From the IMG/VR virus record IMGVR_UViG_3300009788_000005, positions 21,759-85,758 of that record: 64,000 nucleotides of DNA, one strand, 5' to 3'. This DNA comes from a virus. Positions 41,147 through 50,594 of the stretch are shown one piece after another (within the stretch, counting starts at the first letter, position 1; every line of letters begins with the position of its first letter). The position numbers and the translations under genes were made by a program. A model generated the notes under the pieces. It saw only the letters and a program-made list of their open reading frames with translations, did no database searches and was not told the origin of the DNA.

Positions 41147-41752
41147 TTAAAAATTATTTTTAATAAGTTGTGAATCGTCTAAGTTAGTTTTTTCTTTTAT
41201 AATCCTCAACAGTATAACTTCTGTTGCAGTTTGTGCTACTTCAACTACCTCAACAGGTAACACAAAATTATCCCTATCATCATACCCCTCAACAAGTCTA
41301 TAATTTTGCTGTCTTTTTATATTGAATTTCTTAGTACTTATCATGAGATTGTCCAATCTATAGGACTTGTTAGGGTCTATTCTATCTATCTCATAATCAC
41401 ACGTCCTATTACCTATTTTATTATTAGACCCACTTAATACATTCTTCTTCTTCAATTCCCACTTATCAGGATATAGTACTGACCAAAAATATACAAATTG
41501 TAAAAAAGTTAATTCGTAAGATATTCCTCTTCTCTTAGCATTCTGTTTATGGTATCTATAACAGTATTTGAGAGGATATCTACATTTATAATTACGACTC
41601 TTACATTTTGAACATAACCCAGCTTTACCATAATAAGGCTTACCTGTACAATACAAAGCAATACAAATCCCTTTCTTAGGATTCTTCTTTAAAGGGATTG
41701 CATACACCATGATTACGCTTATATACTGTATCCTTATCTCCCTGCCCCCCAT
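41147..41752 (-). CDS. HNH-like endonuclease-family protein with Cys cluster
   Basis: CIALYC...CSKC, NAKRRGI, EIDRIDPNKSYRLDN; start probably downstream (MVYAIP). Confidence 0.6.
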   Translation of the reverse strand: MGGREIRIQYISVIMVYAIPLKKNPKKGICIALYCTGKPYYGKAGLCSKCKSRNYKCRYPLKYCYRYHKQNAKRRGISYELTFLQFVYFWSVLYPDKWELKKKNVLSGSNNKIGNRTCDYEIDRIDPNKSYRLDNLMISTKKFNIKRQQNYRLVEGYDDRDNFVLPVEVVEVAQTATEVILLRIIKEKTNLDDSQLIKNNF

Positions 41753-42008
41753 AACGTACTACCAACTTCTCCTTAACCATCCAACTTACCAGCCCTTTAA
41801 GATATGTATTCATACTAGGTATCTTACCCTCTTCCAAATATAACTCCAATATAAGACTATCCAGCATATCCTTAAAAGTCATATACGTCTGATACTTATA
41901 AAAAGGTCTATCGAACGAGGCTAATATTATAGCAGTGCGTTTGGCCCTCTTACTTGAATGCTTAAGTGTTACCGGTATTTTTATATTTCCGTTTATATCC
42001 TTATTCAT
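41676..42008 (-). CDS. Hypothetical protein
   Basis: 110 aa ORF coupled to upstream gene. Confidence 0.55.
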   Translation of the reverse strand: MNKDINGNIKIPVTLKHSSKRAKRTAIILASFDRPFYKYQTYMTFKDMLDSLILELYLEEGKIPSMNTYLKGLVSWMVKEKLVVRYGGQGDKDTVYKRNHGVCNPFKEES

Positions 42009-42385
42009 GATCCCTCAATATACAAAATCTTATCAAAATATTCCCAATCAAATTTACGCCACTCATCTATAGTATGATCATAAAAACTCTGGATCCCGAC
42101 TATACCTTTCATGGGTACAGTATAATTAGGGTCTTTTGACAACGCATCACGCTCTACAAGTATCTCCTGCTTAGTTGATCCTATAGCGAACCTAGGTAAC
42201 CCAGTACTCTTTTTTATAAATACAAAAGCAACCTTACCTGCATACCTAAGAAGTCTTTTAAAAAGCTTACGCTTATATATTGCCCAGGAAGTAAACATAG
42301 CCGAATTCCACGTTATATCACTTGCCTTAAATAACTTCCAAGCATTACGAGTAACCTGAGATCTGTTATAGATGATTGCTTTCAT
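42005..42385 (-). CDS. WYL_2/SH3-like beta-barrel protein
   Basis: FVFIKKSTG..RFAIGST ... FYD....EWRKF. Confidence 0.6.
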   Translation of the reverse strand: MKAIIYNRSQVTRNAWKLFKASDITWNSAMFTSWAIYKRKLFKRLLRYAGKVAFVFIKKSTGLPRFAIGSTKQEILVERDALSKDPNYTVPMKGIVGIQSFYDHTIDEWRKFDWEYFDKILYIEGS

Positions 42386-42457
42386 AGTGAGGTAAAGGTA
42401 ATGTTTTTAAATGGATTATCCAAGACTGTAAAAATTTTACACCCTATACCCAAATAA

Positions 42458-42489
42458 TTAGGATTTCTAATAACCTTACCTTATCTTTG
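42458..42489 (+). promoter_or_regulatory. Extended strong promoter (32 bp)
   Basis: TTAGGATTTCTAATAACCTTACCTTATCTTTG; 31/32 identical to the minus-strand copy at 50525-50556. Confidence 0.75.
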
Positions 42490-42511
42490 AGTATATCCAA
42501 ACGGAAGTAAG

Positions 42512-42790
42512 ATGAAAAATATAGATAATCATATTCAACTAAGTTTTACCCAAGGAAGTACTACATTTGATATAGCAGTATTTTTAGTAGGTAGGCTGTA
42601 TGATGTTTATATAAGACAAACTACTAATTTATCTGAATTAGGGGAGGATTTTGAAGATGTTACGGTTACTCATAAAATTGTATGCCCATATGCCAAGACA
42701 GAACATGCAGCGATACATGAGGCAGGACGTAAGATAATTAAGGGATGGAATAGAGAAGCTAGGTTAGGTAAAGATCATCCTATTAGTTAG
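42512..42790 (+). CDS. Hypothetical protein; the only convincing plus-strand gene
   Basis: 92 aa, own promoter, local G/C skew flips, flanked by palindromes at 42427 and 42796. Confidence 0.75.
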   Translation: MKNIDNHIQLSFTQGSTTFDIAVFLVGRLYDVYIRQTTNLSELGEDFEDVTVTHKIVCPYAKTEHAAIHEAGRKIIKGWNREARLGKDHPIS

Positions 42791-42812
42791 TAACCTGTAA
42801 AATTTTTACACA

Positions 42813-44420
42813 TTAGAAATCTATACCTCCCTTACCCCTCAATACATCCCTATCCTTTCTTACCCAATTCCACATCCAAGCCGCATCAAATAGATTAGGA
42901 GATTTTCCCCCTAATCTATCTTTAGTTTTTCCCTTATCCTCTATTTTTATTTTGCCTATTCCTGGAGCCTTTCTATGCGCCAAACATTCCTTTTTAAATT
43001 CCCTTTTTATTTCTGCTGTCTGATACACAATACCAAATTCCCCCCTATTAAGCTCCTTAAAAAATGTCCATATACCTTGAGATCTAAAAGATACAAAATC
43101 TATAACAGGCTTTTTATTCTCATCTACAGGTATAGCATCCCTATCGGGTCCTCCTATCATAGACCTACACATATACCCCTCTTCCTCTAATGTCTCCACA
43201 GTACTAAACCCTACCCCTCCTGCATCAACTCCTATCTGCTCATCGTATATATCATAATCACCCACAGTAGGTAAATGATATACATTGTATCCTCTATCCT
43301 CACACTCCTCTGAATTAAATATTAGGTTATAGGCTAAATGACTTGCATTAGGACATTGAAAATCCTTCATTAATTCTAACCTATTCTTCTTTCCAAATAC
43401 TACAGCCGCCTTATCTCCTGCTGTAGATCTAGCTACATCCACCCCCACAGCATTATAACTATCATCATCCCAAGGAAACTCATCATCGTCTAACCTACCC
43501 AAATCATAAGCCTTATCTAAAGCCCCCGATTTCATTAATGAAAACTCTCCCTCTTTAGGAGATATTCCCTGTACCCTAGATAAAAATAAAGAACTTTCTA
43601 TATTCTCATTATTTTTTCCTGCTTTACTTTTAATACTTTTTATTGTTGCTGCCCCTGGATACCTTTCCTCATTTAATATTATATTAGGATGATCAAAAGC
43701 AGAAATACGTATATGATTTACATCAAATCTTTCACAAAATTCATGCAAAGCATCTGTTTCATTATCTGGATTACCTAACATCAATATTATATTATTCTCT
43801 GATATACATGTTTGTATTATTGATTCTAATATAGAATGGGCTATACCAGCAGCCTCATCTATAACATACAACATATGCTTACCATGCCCCCCCTGTAACT
43901 TTATATTTGTTTTTTCCCCTGCCCGTACTCTTGCCCCTAATCCTATAGCCTGATGCTTACTATTTTCTAAATCCCCCTCATCGCACGCTATCCTCATACT
44001 ATCAAATAACTTAGCCTGAGGCTGTAGTCTTTGAAACTTATTAAAAGCTTCTTTCATCTCTACCCATAAAGTTGTTTTAAGGTGACCTGCTGTAGGTGCA
44101 ATGAATCTAACTGTAGAATTTTCAAATACATCTAAAAACCAGTATATAACTCTAACAGCAGAATAAGTCTTACCTACGCCTATAGCAGCCTCTACCCCCG
44201 TCCACACACCCATAGCTACAGATTCCCATATCTTAAACAAAGGATCTACCGTACCATCCCAATCGTATCCATCATACTCCTCCATCTCACTCCACTTAAA
44301 ATCCTTTGGATCTTCTCCCCACCTCTCCCCTAACCATAACATAGGATCTAGCTGGTATAGCTCCCGTTTACCGGGATATACTTCATAAAAATTTTCGGAA
44401 GTTACATTTATCTGACTCAC
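42813..44420 (-). CDS. terL: Terminase large subunit
   Basis: AAIGVGKT, IAPT, VIDEA, LGNP, GVDVARSTAGD, VDAGGVG, SPNLFDA. Confidence 0.9.
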   Translation of the reverse strand: MSQINVTSENFYEVYPGKRELYQLDPMLWLGERWGEDPKDFKWSEMEEYDGYDWDGTVDPLFKIWESVAMGVWTGVEAAIGVGKTYSAVRVIYWFLDVFENSTVRFIAPTAGHLKTTLWVEMKEAFNKFQRLQPQAKLFDSMRIACDEGDLENSKHQAIGLGARVRAGEKTNIKLQGGHGKHMLYVIDEAAGIAHSILESIIQTCISENNIILMLGNPDNETDALHEFCERFDVNHIRISAFDHPNIILNEERYPGAATIKSIKSKAGKNNENIESSLFLSRVQGISPKEGEFSLMKSGALDKAYDLGRLDDDEFPWDDDSYNAVGVDVARSTAGDKAAVVFGKKNRLELMKDFQCPNASHLAYNLIFNSEECEDRGYNVYHLPTVGDYDIYDEQIGVDAGGVGFSTVETLEEEGYMCRSMIGGPDRDAIPVDENKKPVIDFVSFRSQGIWTFFKELNRGEFGIVYQTAEIKREFKKECLAHRKAPGIGKIKIEDKGKTKDRLGGKSPNLFDAAWMWNWVRKDRDVLRGKGGIDF

Positions 44421-44541
44421 TACTAAAGATACTAAAATCTATTTTAAGCCGTATAAGAGCAGATAAAATATTTTTGATAGTGGGGTAAGCTAAAGAGGTA
44501 TATAAACTATAGAGTATATGTAATAGACTCTCCTAGTACCT

Positions 44542-44940
44542 TTAAGACAGTACCTTACCTACAGCTATAATAGTATCATCCTCTAACCTAAATCCCCAGA
44601 ATACATTAATATGATTATCTTGGTTAGTACGAATTCTAAGAGGCATCCCTATTAACTGACCAAATATAGAAATTTTTATATCATGCATGTAAGCCCCCGC
44701 AAGATCACTATCCTCAAAATATACATAATCTAACCAAGGCTTACCTACCACCTCTTTAGGATCAAACCCTGTAGATGATTCCCAATCACTATTTACATAC
44801 AGAAAATTATTAGACTCAAAATCAATAACACACTGTATAACAGTATCAGTAGATAGTACATCTATGCAAGTACTTTTCAAATTAAGTTTCCACGATTTTA
44901 AACTTAATTTGAAACCTAAATTATTATCCGGAGCTATCAT
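44542..44940 (-). CDS. Stand-alone PAS-domain protein
   Basis: FLYVNSDWESSTGFDPKEVVGKPWLDYVYFED, a canonical PAS signature. Confidence 0.75.
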   Translation of the reverse strand: MIAPDNNLGFKLSLKSWKLNLKSTCIDVLSTDTVIQCVIDFESNNFLYVNSDWESSTGFDPKEVVGKPWLDYVYFEDSDLAGAYMHDIKISIFGQLIGMPLRIRTNQDNHINVFWGFRLEDDTIIAVGKVLS

Positions 44941-45343
44941 TAGATTGTTTGCATGATTTTAGTACCTCAAGAATTTTAGAATCCAGGTGTAATTTTATAA
45001 CCTCCGTTTGAGTTTGCATACTCTCTAATATCTTATCTCTAACTTCATTACCTCCCTCTTTGGCTAACCGTAATTGACCCTGCACTTTAGTTACTAACTC
45101 CACCATCTCTTTTGCCTCAGCTAACCTATCGTCATTCAACCCCCCTATTACCTCATCTTTACTAATTATTATTACTTCTAGTTTTTTAACTACTCCTTTA
45201 AAATACTTAACAACAAACCATAATAAAACTAATAACCCCACTACTAAAGGGATTTGCGTTAAAACAAAATCTACCCAATCAGTAGGTATCTTTACCGGCT
45301 CACTAGTTTGCAAAAGAAGATAAAAAAATAGGGTAACTGACAC
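44924..45343 (-). CDS. Holin-like membrane protein (TM + coiled coil)
   Basis: IPLVVGLLVLLWFVVKYFK TM followed by heptad-rich region. Confidence 0.5.
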   Translation of the reverse strand: MSVTLFFYLLLQTSEPVKIPTDWVDFVLTQIPLVVGLLVLLWFVVKYFKGVVKKLEVIIISKDEVIGGLNDDRLAEAKEMVELVTKVQGQLRLAKEGGNEVRDKILESMQTQTEVIKLHLDSKILEVLKSCKQSNDSSG

Positions 45344-45349
45344 CTCTAT

Positions 45350-45880
45350 TTATACATTTAATATGTCATCTAAGCTTGTTTTCCTGGCAGCGGTTATATA
45401 GGTACGGGTACTATCAGATATGGCATCCAATAAATTATCCTTCTTACCCATAGAGTATAAATTGATGTGTTTTCCAATATCCCCTAAAAACTCTAAAGCA
45501 TTTGCCATACCTGTAGCCTGTCCAAACTCATCTATAAGATCCTTAATTATCCATATAGTAGCCTTGTTAGTAAGATTCTTCTTATATCTTTTACTGAGTA
45601 AAAATCCTTCCTCAGATAAATAATGTCTTACCAATACTTTAGTATTAACAATTTCACTATGGGAATACCAATCTATAGTAGTTGTCTTTTTAATTATGAT
45701 ATCAGAGATATCCTTAACAAACACTCTTGTTTCTTTTACCTGCAATTCTGAGTATAATTCTTCAGCTTCATCATATTCAGAATAAAACTCTACTGTAACC
45801 ACATCACCGGCAATATTTAAACTTGCTTTCTTATGATATCCCAGTAAATTATAATTTCTATCCCTATTAAATGTCCCCAT
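45350..45880 (-). CDS. Hypothetical protein (fibre-associated?)
   Basis: 176 aa ORF downstream of fibre-like genes. Confidence 0.6.
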   Translation of the reverse strand: MGTFNRDRNYNLLGYHKKASLNIAGDVVTVEFYSEYDEAEELYSELQVKETRVFVKDISDIIIKKTTTIDWYSHSEIVNTKVLVRHYLSEEGFLLSKRYKKNLTNKATIWIIKDLIDEFGQATGMANALEFLGDIGKHINLYSMGKKDNLLDAISDSTRTYITAARKTSLDDILNV

Positions 45881-45897
45881 TATACCTATAATTTATA

Positions 45898-47415
45898 TTA
45901 CACAACTTGAAGCTTAACCCTATACAAATCTACATCTCCAGGATAAGTATCTGAACCTCCCCCCTGGGACACTCTACGAATTCTAAAATGTAACACCTCT
46001 GCACTAGTTAAGCCCGATATAGTACCTATCTGCACTAAGTAAAGCTGATCTACATTTTGAGCATCTACTACTATAGTATTAGGATTAGATGTAACAGGAG
46101 CATTATCAGCGTTTCCCCCTATAGCAATTAAGGCCATACCGCAATTAATCTGTATATCATCTCCTCCTATGGGAGCCACCCCACTAAGTTGATACTGAAT
46201 AAATACCCCTATATCACTACCATCATATATATTATCTGGCGTTGACAACCCGGATACTAGAATTGCAGCATCATTCATATTACCTCTAAATACTAACTTA
46301 GCCCCTACGGCATTAGTAGTTTGAGCAGGAGCAGCCCCATCATCGAATACAGCCGCCAAGCTTACTCTAGGAGGTATCCAATCAGGTAAAACTATGAGCT
46401 TCCATACAGCAGCCTCCTCTTGTACGTCTAAACATACATATTCAGTATTTAGAGCAGTATTTAACCACATACTACCCACAAAAAAACCTAGTTTTATATC
46501 ATCTCTGACTGTAGGGTTTGTTTTACGTTTTATAGGGGAGGTAACTGTAGTACGTAGGGGAGGATCAAACATCCCTTCTACAAACTTAATATCATCAATA
46601 AAAAACCCGGATAAAGTACCATCACTTACCTTAATAATCTGTATAGAAGTTATTACAGATCCGGTATCTATACCTAGTATACTTATAGGTATTACTATTA
46701 ACTGATGATCGTCCAAATTAGTTACATCCAACCCAAAAAAATCCGGTCTAACATATACAGGATTTCCTAACCTAGTAGAAGCATTATACAAAGTAATCTC
46801 TATAGCTTGTCTGCCCCATGATCTTTCTTTTGTTTTTAATCTGAATTGTAAAGTAGTAGCAGGGTCTATAGTATAACCTGCTCCAGGCTCAGTAAGAGTT
46901 ATACTGGTACCTTCGGATACATCCGTACCCTCAACAGATACCGTACCTGTATGAGGATCATCAGTAGAAGCTAAATCTATTTCCCCTGCATCGTTTGTAC
47001 TACTAGTCCATTCTACATCCTCATCATATACAAGCTCTGTAGGAAAGGTGAGGGTAGCAGCTCCAGAAGGTACCAATACCTCATACAATACTAATGTTTC
47101 TAATACATTAAGATCCGGACGTACCGGAATAGGCGCGGCAATACCTTCTATAATACTAACAGATGATCCACTAGGATCACTAATAACCACACATAAATCT
47201 ATCCTATCATTAGTAACATCCCCAGCAGAATGTGTAACAGAATCAGGAGGCAACGTAATATCCTGCTTATCTATAATACACCTAATGGCCGTATAATCTA
47301 TAGTTAATCCTCCGGTATCGTGTGCAAAACCTCCAGATAATAAAATAGGCATTTCCCCTATAGTAAAATCTAATAACCTATTATTCCTTGCTGTAGATTG
47401 ATTCGTACCACTCAT
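45898..47415 (-). CDS. Tail fibre/receptor-binding-like protein with carbohydrate-binding-like domain
   Basis: NDRIDL, LVYDED...FFIDDIKF jelly-roll-like segment, NPTVRDD..GFFVGSMWLN motif. Confidence 0.6.
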   Translation of the reverse strand: MSGTNQSTARNNRLLDFTIGEMPILLSGGFAHDTGGLTIDYTAIRCIIDKQDITLPPDSVTHSAGDVTNDRIDLCVVISDPSGSSVSIIEGIAAPIPVRPDLNVLETLVLYEVLVPSGAATLTFPTELVYDEDVEWTSSTNDAGEIDLASTDDPHTGTVSVEGTDVSEGTSITLTEPGAGYTIDPATTLQFRLKTKERSWGRQAIEITLYNASTRLGNPVYVRPDFFGLDVTNLDDHQLIVIPISILGIDTGSVITSIQIIKVSDGTLSGFFIDDIKFVEGMFDPPLRTTVTSPIKRKTNPTVRDDIKLGFFVGSMWLNTALNTEYVCLDVQEEAAVWKLIVLPDWIPPRVSLAAVFDDGAAPAQTTNAVGAKLVFRGNMNDAAILVSGLSTPDNIYDGSDIGVFIQYQLSGVAPIGGDDIQINCGMALIAIGGNADNAPVTSNPNTIVVDAQNVDQLYLVQIGTISGLTSAEVLHFRIRRVSQGGGSDTYPGDVDLYRVKLQVV

Positions 47416-47439
47416 GCCTGTAAAAATTTTACACCCCTA

Positions 47440-47640
47440 CTATTCTCTTTCTCTCTGGAAAAAAATACGGGTTAGTACAGTAGAATTACGTATAGAATTT
47501 AAGTTATCTTGAGCATCCCTAAGGGCATCTACATTAGCCTGAGTATCAGGATCAGCTAAGTAATTAACTATAGCTGCATTTACTGCTGCTATGTCTGTCT
47601 GTATACTTGCCAAAGTAGCATTAATATCTATTTGTCCCAT
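47440..47640 (-). CDS. Small helical virion-associated protein
   Basis: 66 aa ORF in fibre cluster. Confidence 0.55.
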   Translation of the reverse strand: MGQIDINATLASIQTDIAAVNAAIVNYLADPDTQANVDALRDAQDNLNSIRNSTVLTRIFFQRERE

Positions 47641-47642
47641 AG

Positions 47643-49091
47643 TTATGAATATCTAACTGCTGCCTTTTGTGATAACGAACCAAAAGAAGTTTTCTCAAAT
47701 TGTACCCTATCCGGATCTATAGATGTATTATATCCCGTAGATAAAAAATCAGCAGGCATATAAAAGAACCCTACCAAAGGAGCCTCAAAAGGATCACTAC
47801 GTAAAAACTTGATATACTCAGGATCACCCGCATTATCTGCTGTAATCCATATTTCCCTCCCCAAAGGGATAAACCCCATATTAGTAAAATGGTCTATCTC
47901 AGTAGGCTCTAAAGAATCTGTACTAGCCCCCTCAATTACCATAGTACCTACACAATCATCAAAAACATCAAGAGCTATCAATGAACCACTACCTGGATAA
48001 GTCTTAGTTCTTATCACCCCACTTTCATTATGAGATATAAACTTAGAATTTATATTCTGAGTTAGCCCATCAGGCTCAACAGTACATGAAGCTCCCGAAA
48101 TATTAGTACCACTTTTTATAGCTGTATTGGCGTCTAAGAAATATGTAGATGAGTTATTTAATTGTATACTCTCAATGGTAGATACATTGCTAGTAGATAT
48201 ATTTAAAAAACTACCATTGTAAATATTCATAGAGGCTATCAGAGCATTGTTACCCGTTATCCCTATACGGGAATCACCTAATACGATCATCCTTTGCAAT
48301 CTACCGCTAATACCGCTAGTACTTACTGTACCTAAGGAATTCTCAGCTACAGTAAGATTCTCTATACGACTTCCCAATATATTCCCGGTTACGGTTAGTA
48401 CAGATACCTGAGATATTTTAAGTCCATCCACAAAACAAGCATCAGCAGAAGATAAGAATAATTGAGAATTATTGTCTATAGTTGAATTTGATAATGATGT
48501 AGTAATAATAGTACCCAGTATAAAACTGCCCTTATCTACTACTACATTCTCAAACACCCCTACAGTATGGGTAATCAAAGTAACCCCCGCACCATTTACA
48601 AATAAATTAGTATAAGTACCATTACAGGTTATAAAAGATACTGTAGCCTCATTAATAAAGGTACAGTTTATTATCTTCATAGCTGCACCTATAGCAGTAA
48701 TACTTAGTGAGCTATCCCGTACTATTGTTCCCTGAATTTTATCATTCCCCCATAGAAACGTATCTATAGGATTTGAGTTAGAAGCTAAATACTCCGGAGT
48801 AGCAGATACCCTATTACCTCTTATAGGGTCATACTGCTCGTGGATCTCATCATTAACTAAATCGTAGCTTATATCGTGAATCTCATCTATTGTACCAGGA
48901 TCAAAGTGTATTCTTCCAGTAGTAGAAAAATGCCCTGTAGTTATTCCCCTAAGAAAAACAGGATCATTTGCCCCTCTAGTGATTCTATATAATACATTAC
49001 GTCTTACTGTAGTAGCTAAATCTATAGCCTGAGCAGTAGCTAAGTCTATCTCTACGTATACCTCTCCTATAAATCCTTGATCGACAGACAT
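47643..49091 (-). CDS. Beta-helix-like fibre/spike protein
   Basis: Repeating I/N/S/G-rich units (IDNNSQL, ISQVSVL, VAENSLG, VLGDSRI, IYNGSFL, LNNSSTY). Confidence 0.6.
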   Translation of the reverse strand: MSVDQGFIGEVYVEIDLATAQAIDLATTVRRNVLYRITRGANDPVFLRGITTGHFSTTGRIHFDPGTIDEIHDISYDLVNDEIHEQYDPIRGNRVSATPEYLASNSNPIDTFLWGNDKIQGTIVRDSSLSITAIGAAMKIINCTFINEATVSFITCNGTYTNLFVNGAGVTLITHTVGVFENVVVDKGSFILGTIITTSLSNSTIDNNSQLFLSSADACFVDGLKISQVSVLTVTGNILGSRIENLTVAENSLGTVSTSGISGRLQRMIVLGDSRIGITGNNALIASMNIYNGSFLNISTSNVSTIESIQLNNSSTYFLDANTAIKSGTNISGASCTVEPDGLTQNINSKFISHNESGVIRTKTYPGSGSLIALDVFDDCVGTMVIEGASTDSLEPTEIDHFTNMGFIPLGREIWITADNAGDPEYIKFLRSDPFEAPLVGFFYMPADFLSTGYNTSIDPDRVQFEKTSFGSLSQKAAVRYS

Positions 49092-49096
49092 AACAA

Positions 49097-49702
49097 TTAT
49101 CTAATTTCATGTATCTCAAAAATAGTACCTGCTCCGGGAGTAGGATCATATGCTATAGCTCCTAATAAATCTGCCCCTTCTGCTGCAAAAGATCTACTTA
49201 TTCGAGGAGGTAAGTCTATACCTAGTACAGTTCCGGTACTTACAAACCCCGCATTAAATATAAATATACTCTGGGCACCTGAAACTATAGTACCCGGAAC
49301 AACAGTAGAAGATGCGCTAACACTTCTTACAACACCCCCCAACAAAGCCCCTATAGATAATAGTGTTGCCTCTGTTGCAAACCCAGGACCTAATACCCCC
49401 CCGGCAGGAAAAGACTGAAGTAAGTCTTGTAATTGACCTATCAATATATCTATATCTCCATTATGATCAGGTAAACCTACTATATTATTTGTCTTAGTAG
49501 GATCAACAGTATACTTGGGAGCAATTGAATTCCAATTATTAGGGTTTAACGTTATTACGGGTTTTTTAGTACCGCTTAATATCTTCTCTGTTTTAGCAAT
49601 CTCAAAAGTATTAAGAGGCAAAAAAACAAACTCCTGTTCGGGATGATCAGGGTGAATCATTTTTACCCCAGATAGATTAGGGGCTAATGAGAATTCAATC
49701 AT
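49097..49702 (-). CDS. Putative virion structural protein
   Basis: 201 aa, FATEATL motif, first gene of the fibre cluster. Confidence 0.55.
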   Translation of the reverse strand: MIEFSLAPNLSGVKMIHPDHPEQEFVFLPLNTFEIAKTEKILSGTKKPVITLNPNNWNSIAPKYTVDPTKTNNIVGLPDHNGDIDILIGQLQDLLQSFPAGGVLGPGFATEATLLSIGALLGGVVRSVSASSTVVPGTIVSGAQSIFIFNAGFVSTGTVLGIDLPPRISRSFAAEGADLLGAIAYDPTPGAGTIFEIHEIR

Positions 49703-49780
49703 AATAACATAAGATTAATAATCATTTAAACAAATATCGGTAATAAACCTAATATTTGCAATGAATATTCTGTAAAATTT

Positions 49781-50152
49781 TTACACCTTCCTATATACCT
49801 GTATTCCGAATAATCTTAAAAATCTCAGTACCGATATCTTTATTCTTCTTCTTACCGATCTACCTAATAAGTAGATACGGGTATTTCTTCTTTTCTTCAG
49901 GGACTTTCTCAGCAGTCCCCCCCTATTTCTACCCCGGTATGATCTCAGCCTGTGTAATACCTGTAGATCAATTAGCACCCCGGCTAATGCCCGTATCTCG
50001 TCATCATCTTTAGAAACATTATACCCCTGGTAGTAAGATACATCCCTATCCTTCTTCCTACTATCTATCATATCCTCTATGATCTCTAATCTTCCTCTAA
50101 GACTATCAGGCATATCTTTAATAGTAGCAATATTGTATTTACCATACTTCAT
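49781..50152 (-). CDS. Basic hypothetical protein
   Basis: Arg-rich C-terminus; stop supplied by the palindrome. Confidence 0.55.
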   Translation of the reverse strand: MKYGKYNIATIKDMPDSLRGRLEIIEDMIDSRKKDRDVSYYQGYNVSKDDDEIRALAGVLIDLQVLHRLRSYRGRNRGGLLRKSLKKRRNTRIYLLGRSVRRRIKISVLRFLRLFGIQVYRKV

Positions 50153-50174
50153 GTACAAATATTTCTATGTTTAT

Positions 50175-50501
50175 CTAATTAAACCTAGAATAGACTACCT
50201 TTACCTGCTCACCGTACAACTTACTATATACATCCCACTCTTCTTCATCTCCCGTTAACTGATACTTAATATAAGCATTTGTAACACATTCTTTAAGCCT
50301 GTTCATTTCTGTATGATCCCTAAGGAAATCAATAAGACTATCAGGAAATAAACATGCATCTAAACCTCTTAGGGTACAGAACTGCCAAAAACAAACAGCC
50401 TCTTTATATAACTCTGTATCTAATATATTCTTATTAGTAATAACCGAAACAAATTTTTCAGCTATCTGTAAAGAAGTAAAAACCGTAATTGAATTTTTCA
50501 T
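50175..50501 (-). CDS. Hypothetical protein
   Basis: 108 aa downstream of promoter 50525-50556. Confidence 0.65.
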   Translation of the reverse strand: MKNSITVFTSLQIAEKFVSVITNKNILDTELYKEAVCFWQFCTLRGLDACLFPDSLIDFLRDHTEMNRLKECVTNAYIKYQLTGDEEEWDVYSKLYGEQVKVVYSRFN

Positions 50502-50524
50502 AATCTTTTCCGCTTGAATATATC

Positions 50525-50556
50525 CAAATATAAGGTAAGGTTATTAGAAATCCTAA
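50525..50556 (-). promoter_or_regulatory. Extended strong promoter (32 bp)
   Basis: TTAGGATTTCTAATAACCTTACCTTATATTTG. Confidence 0.75.
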
Positions 50557-50594
50557 TAAGGTTGTAAAATTTTTACACCTCCCTCAATCAAATA

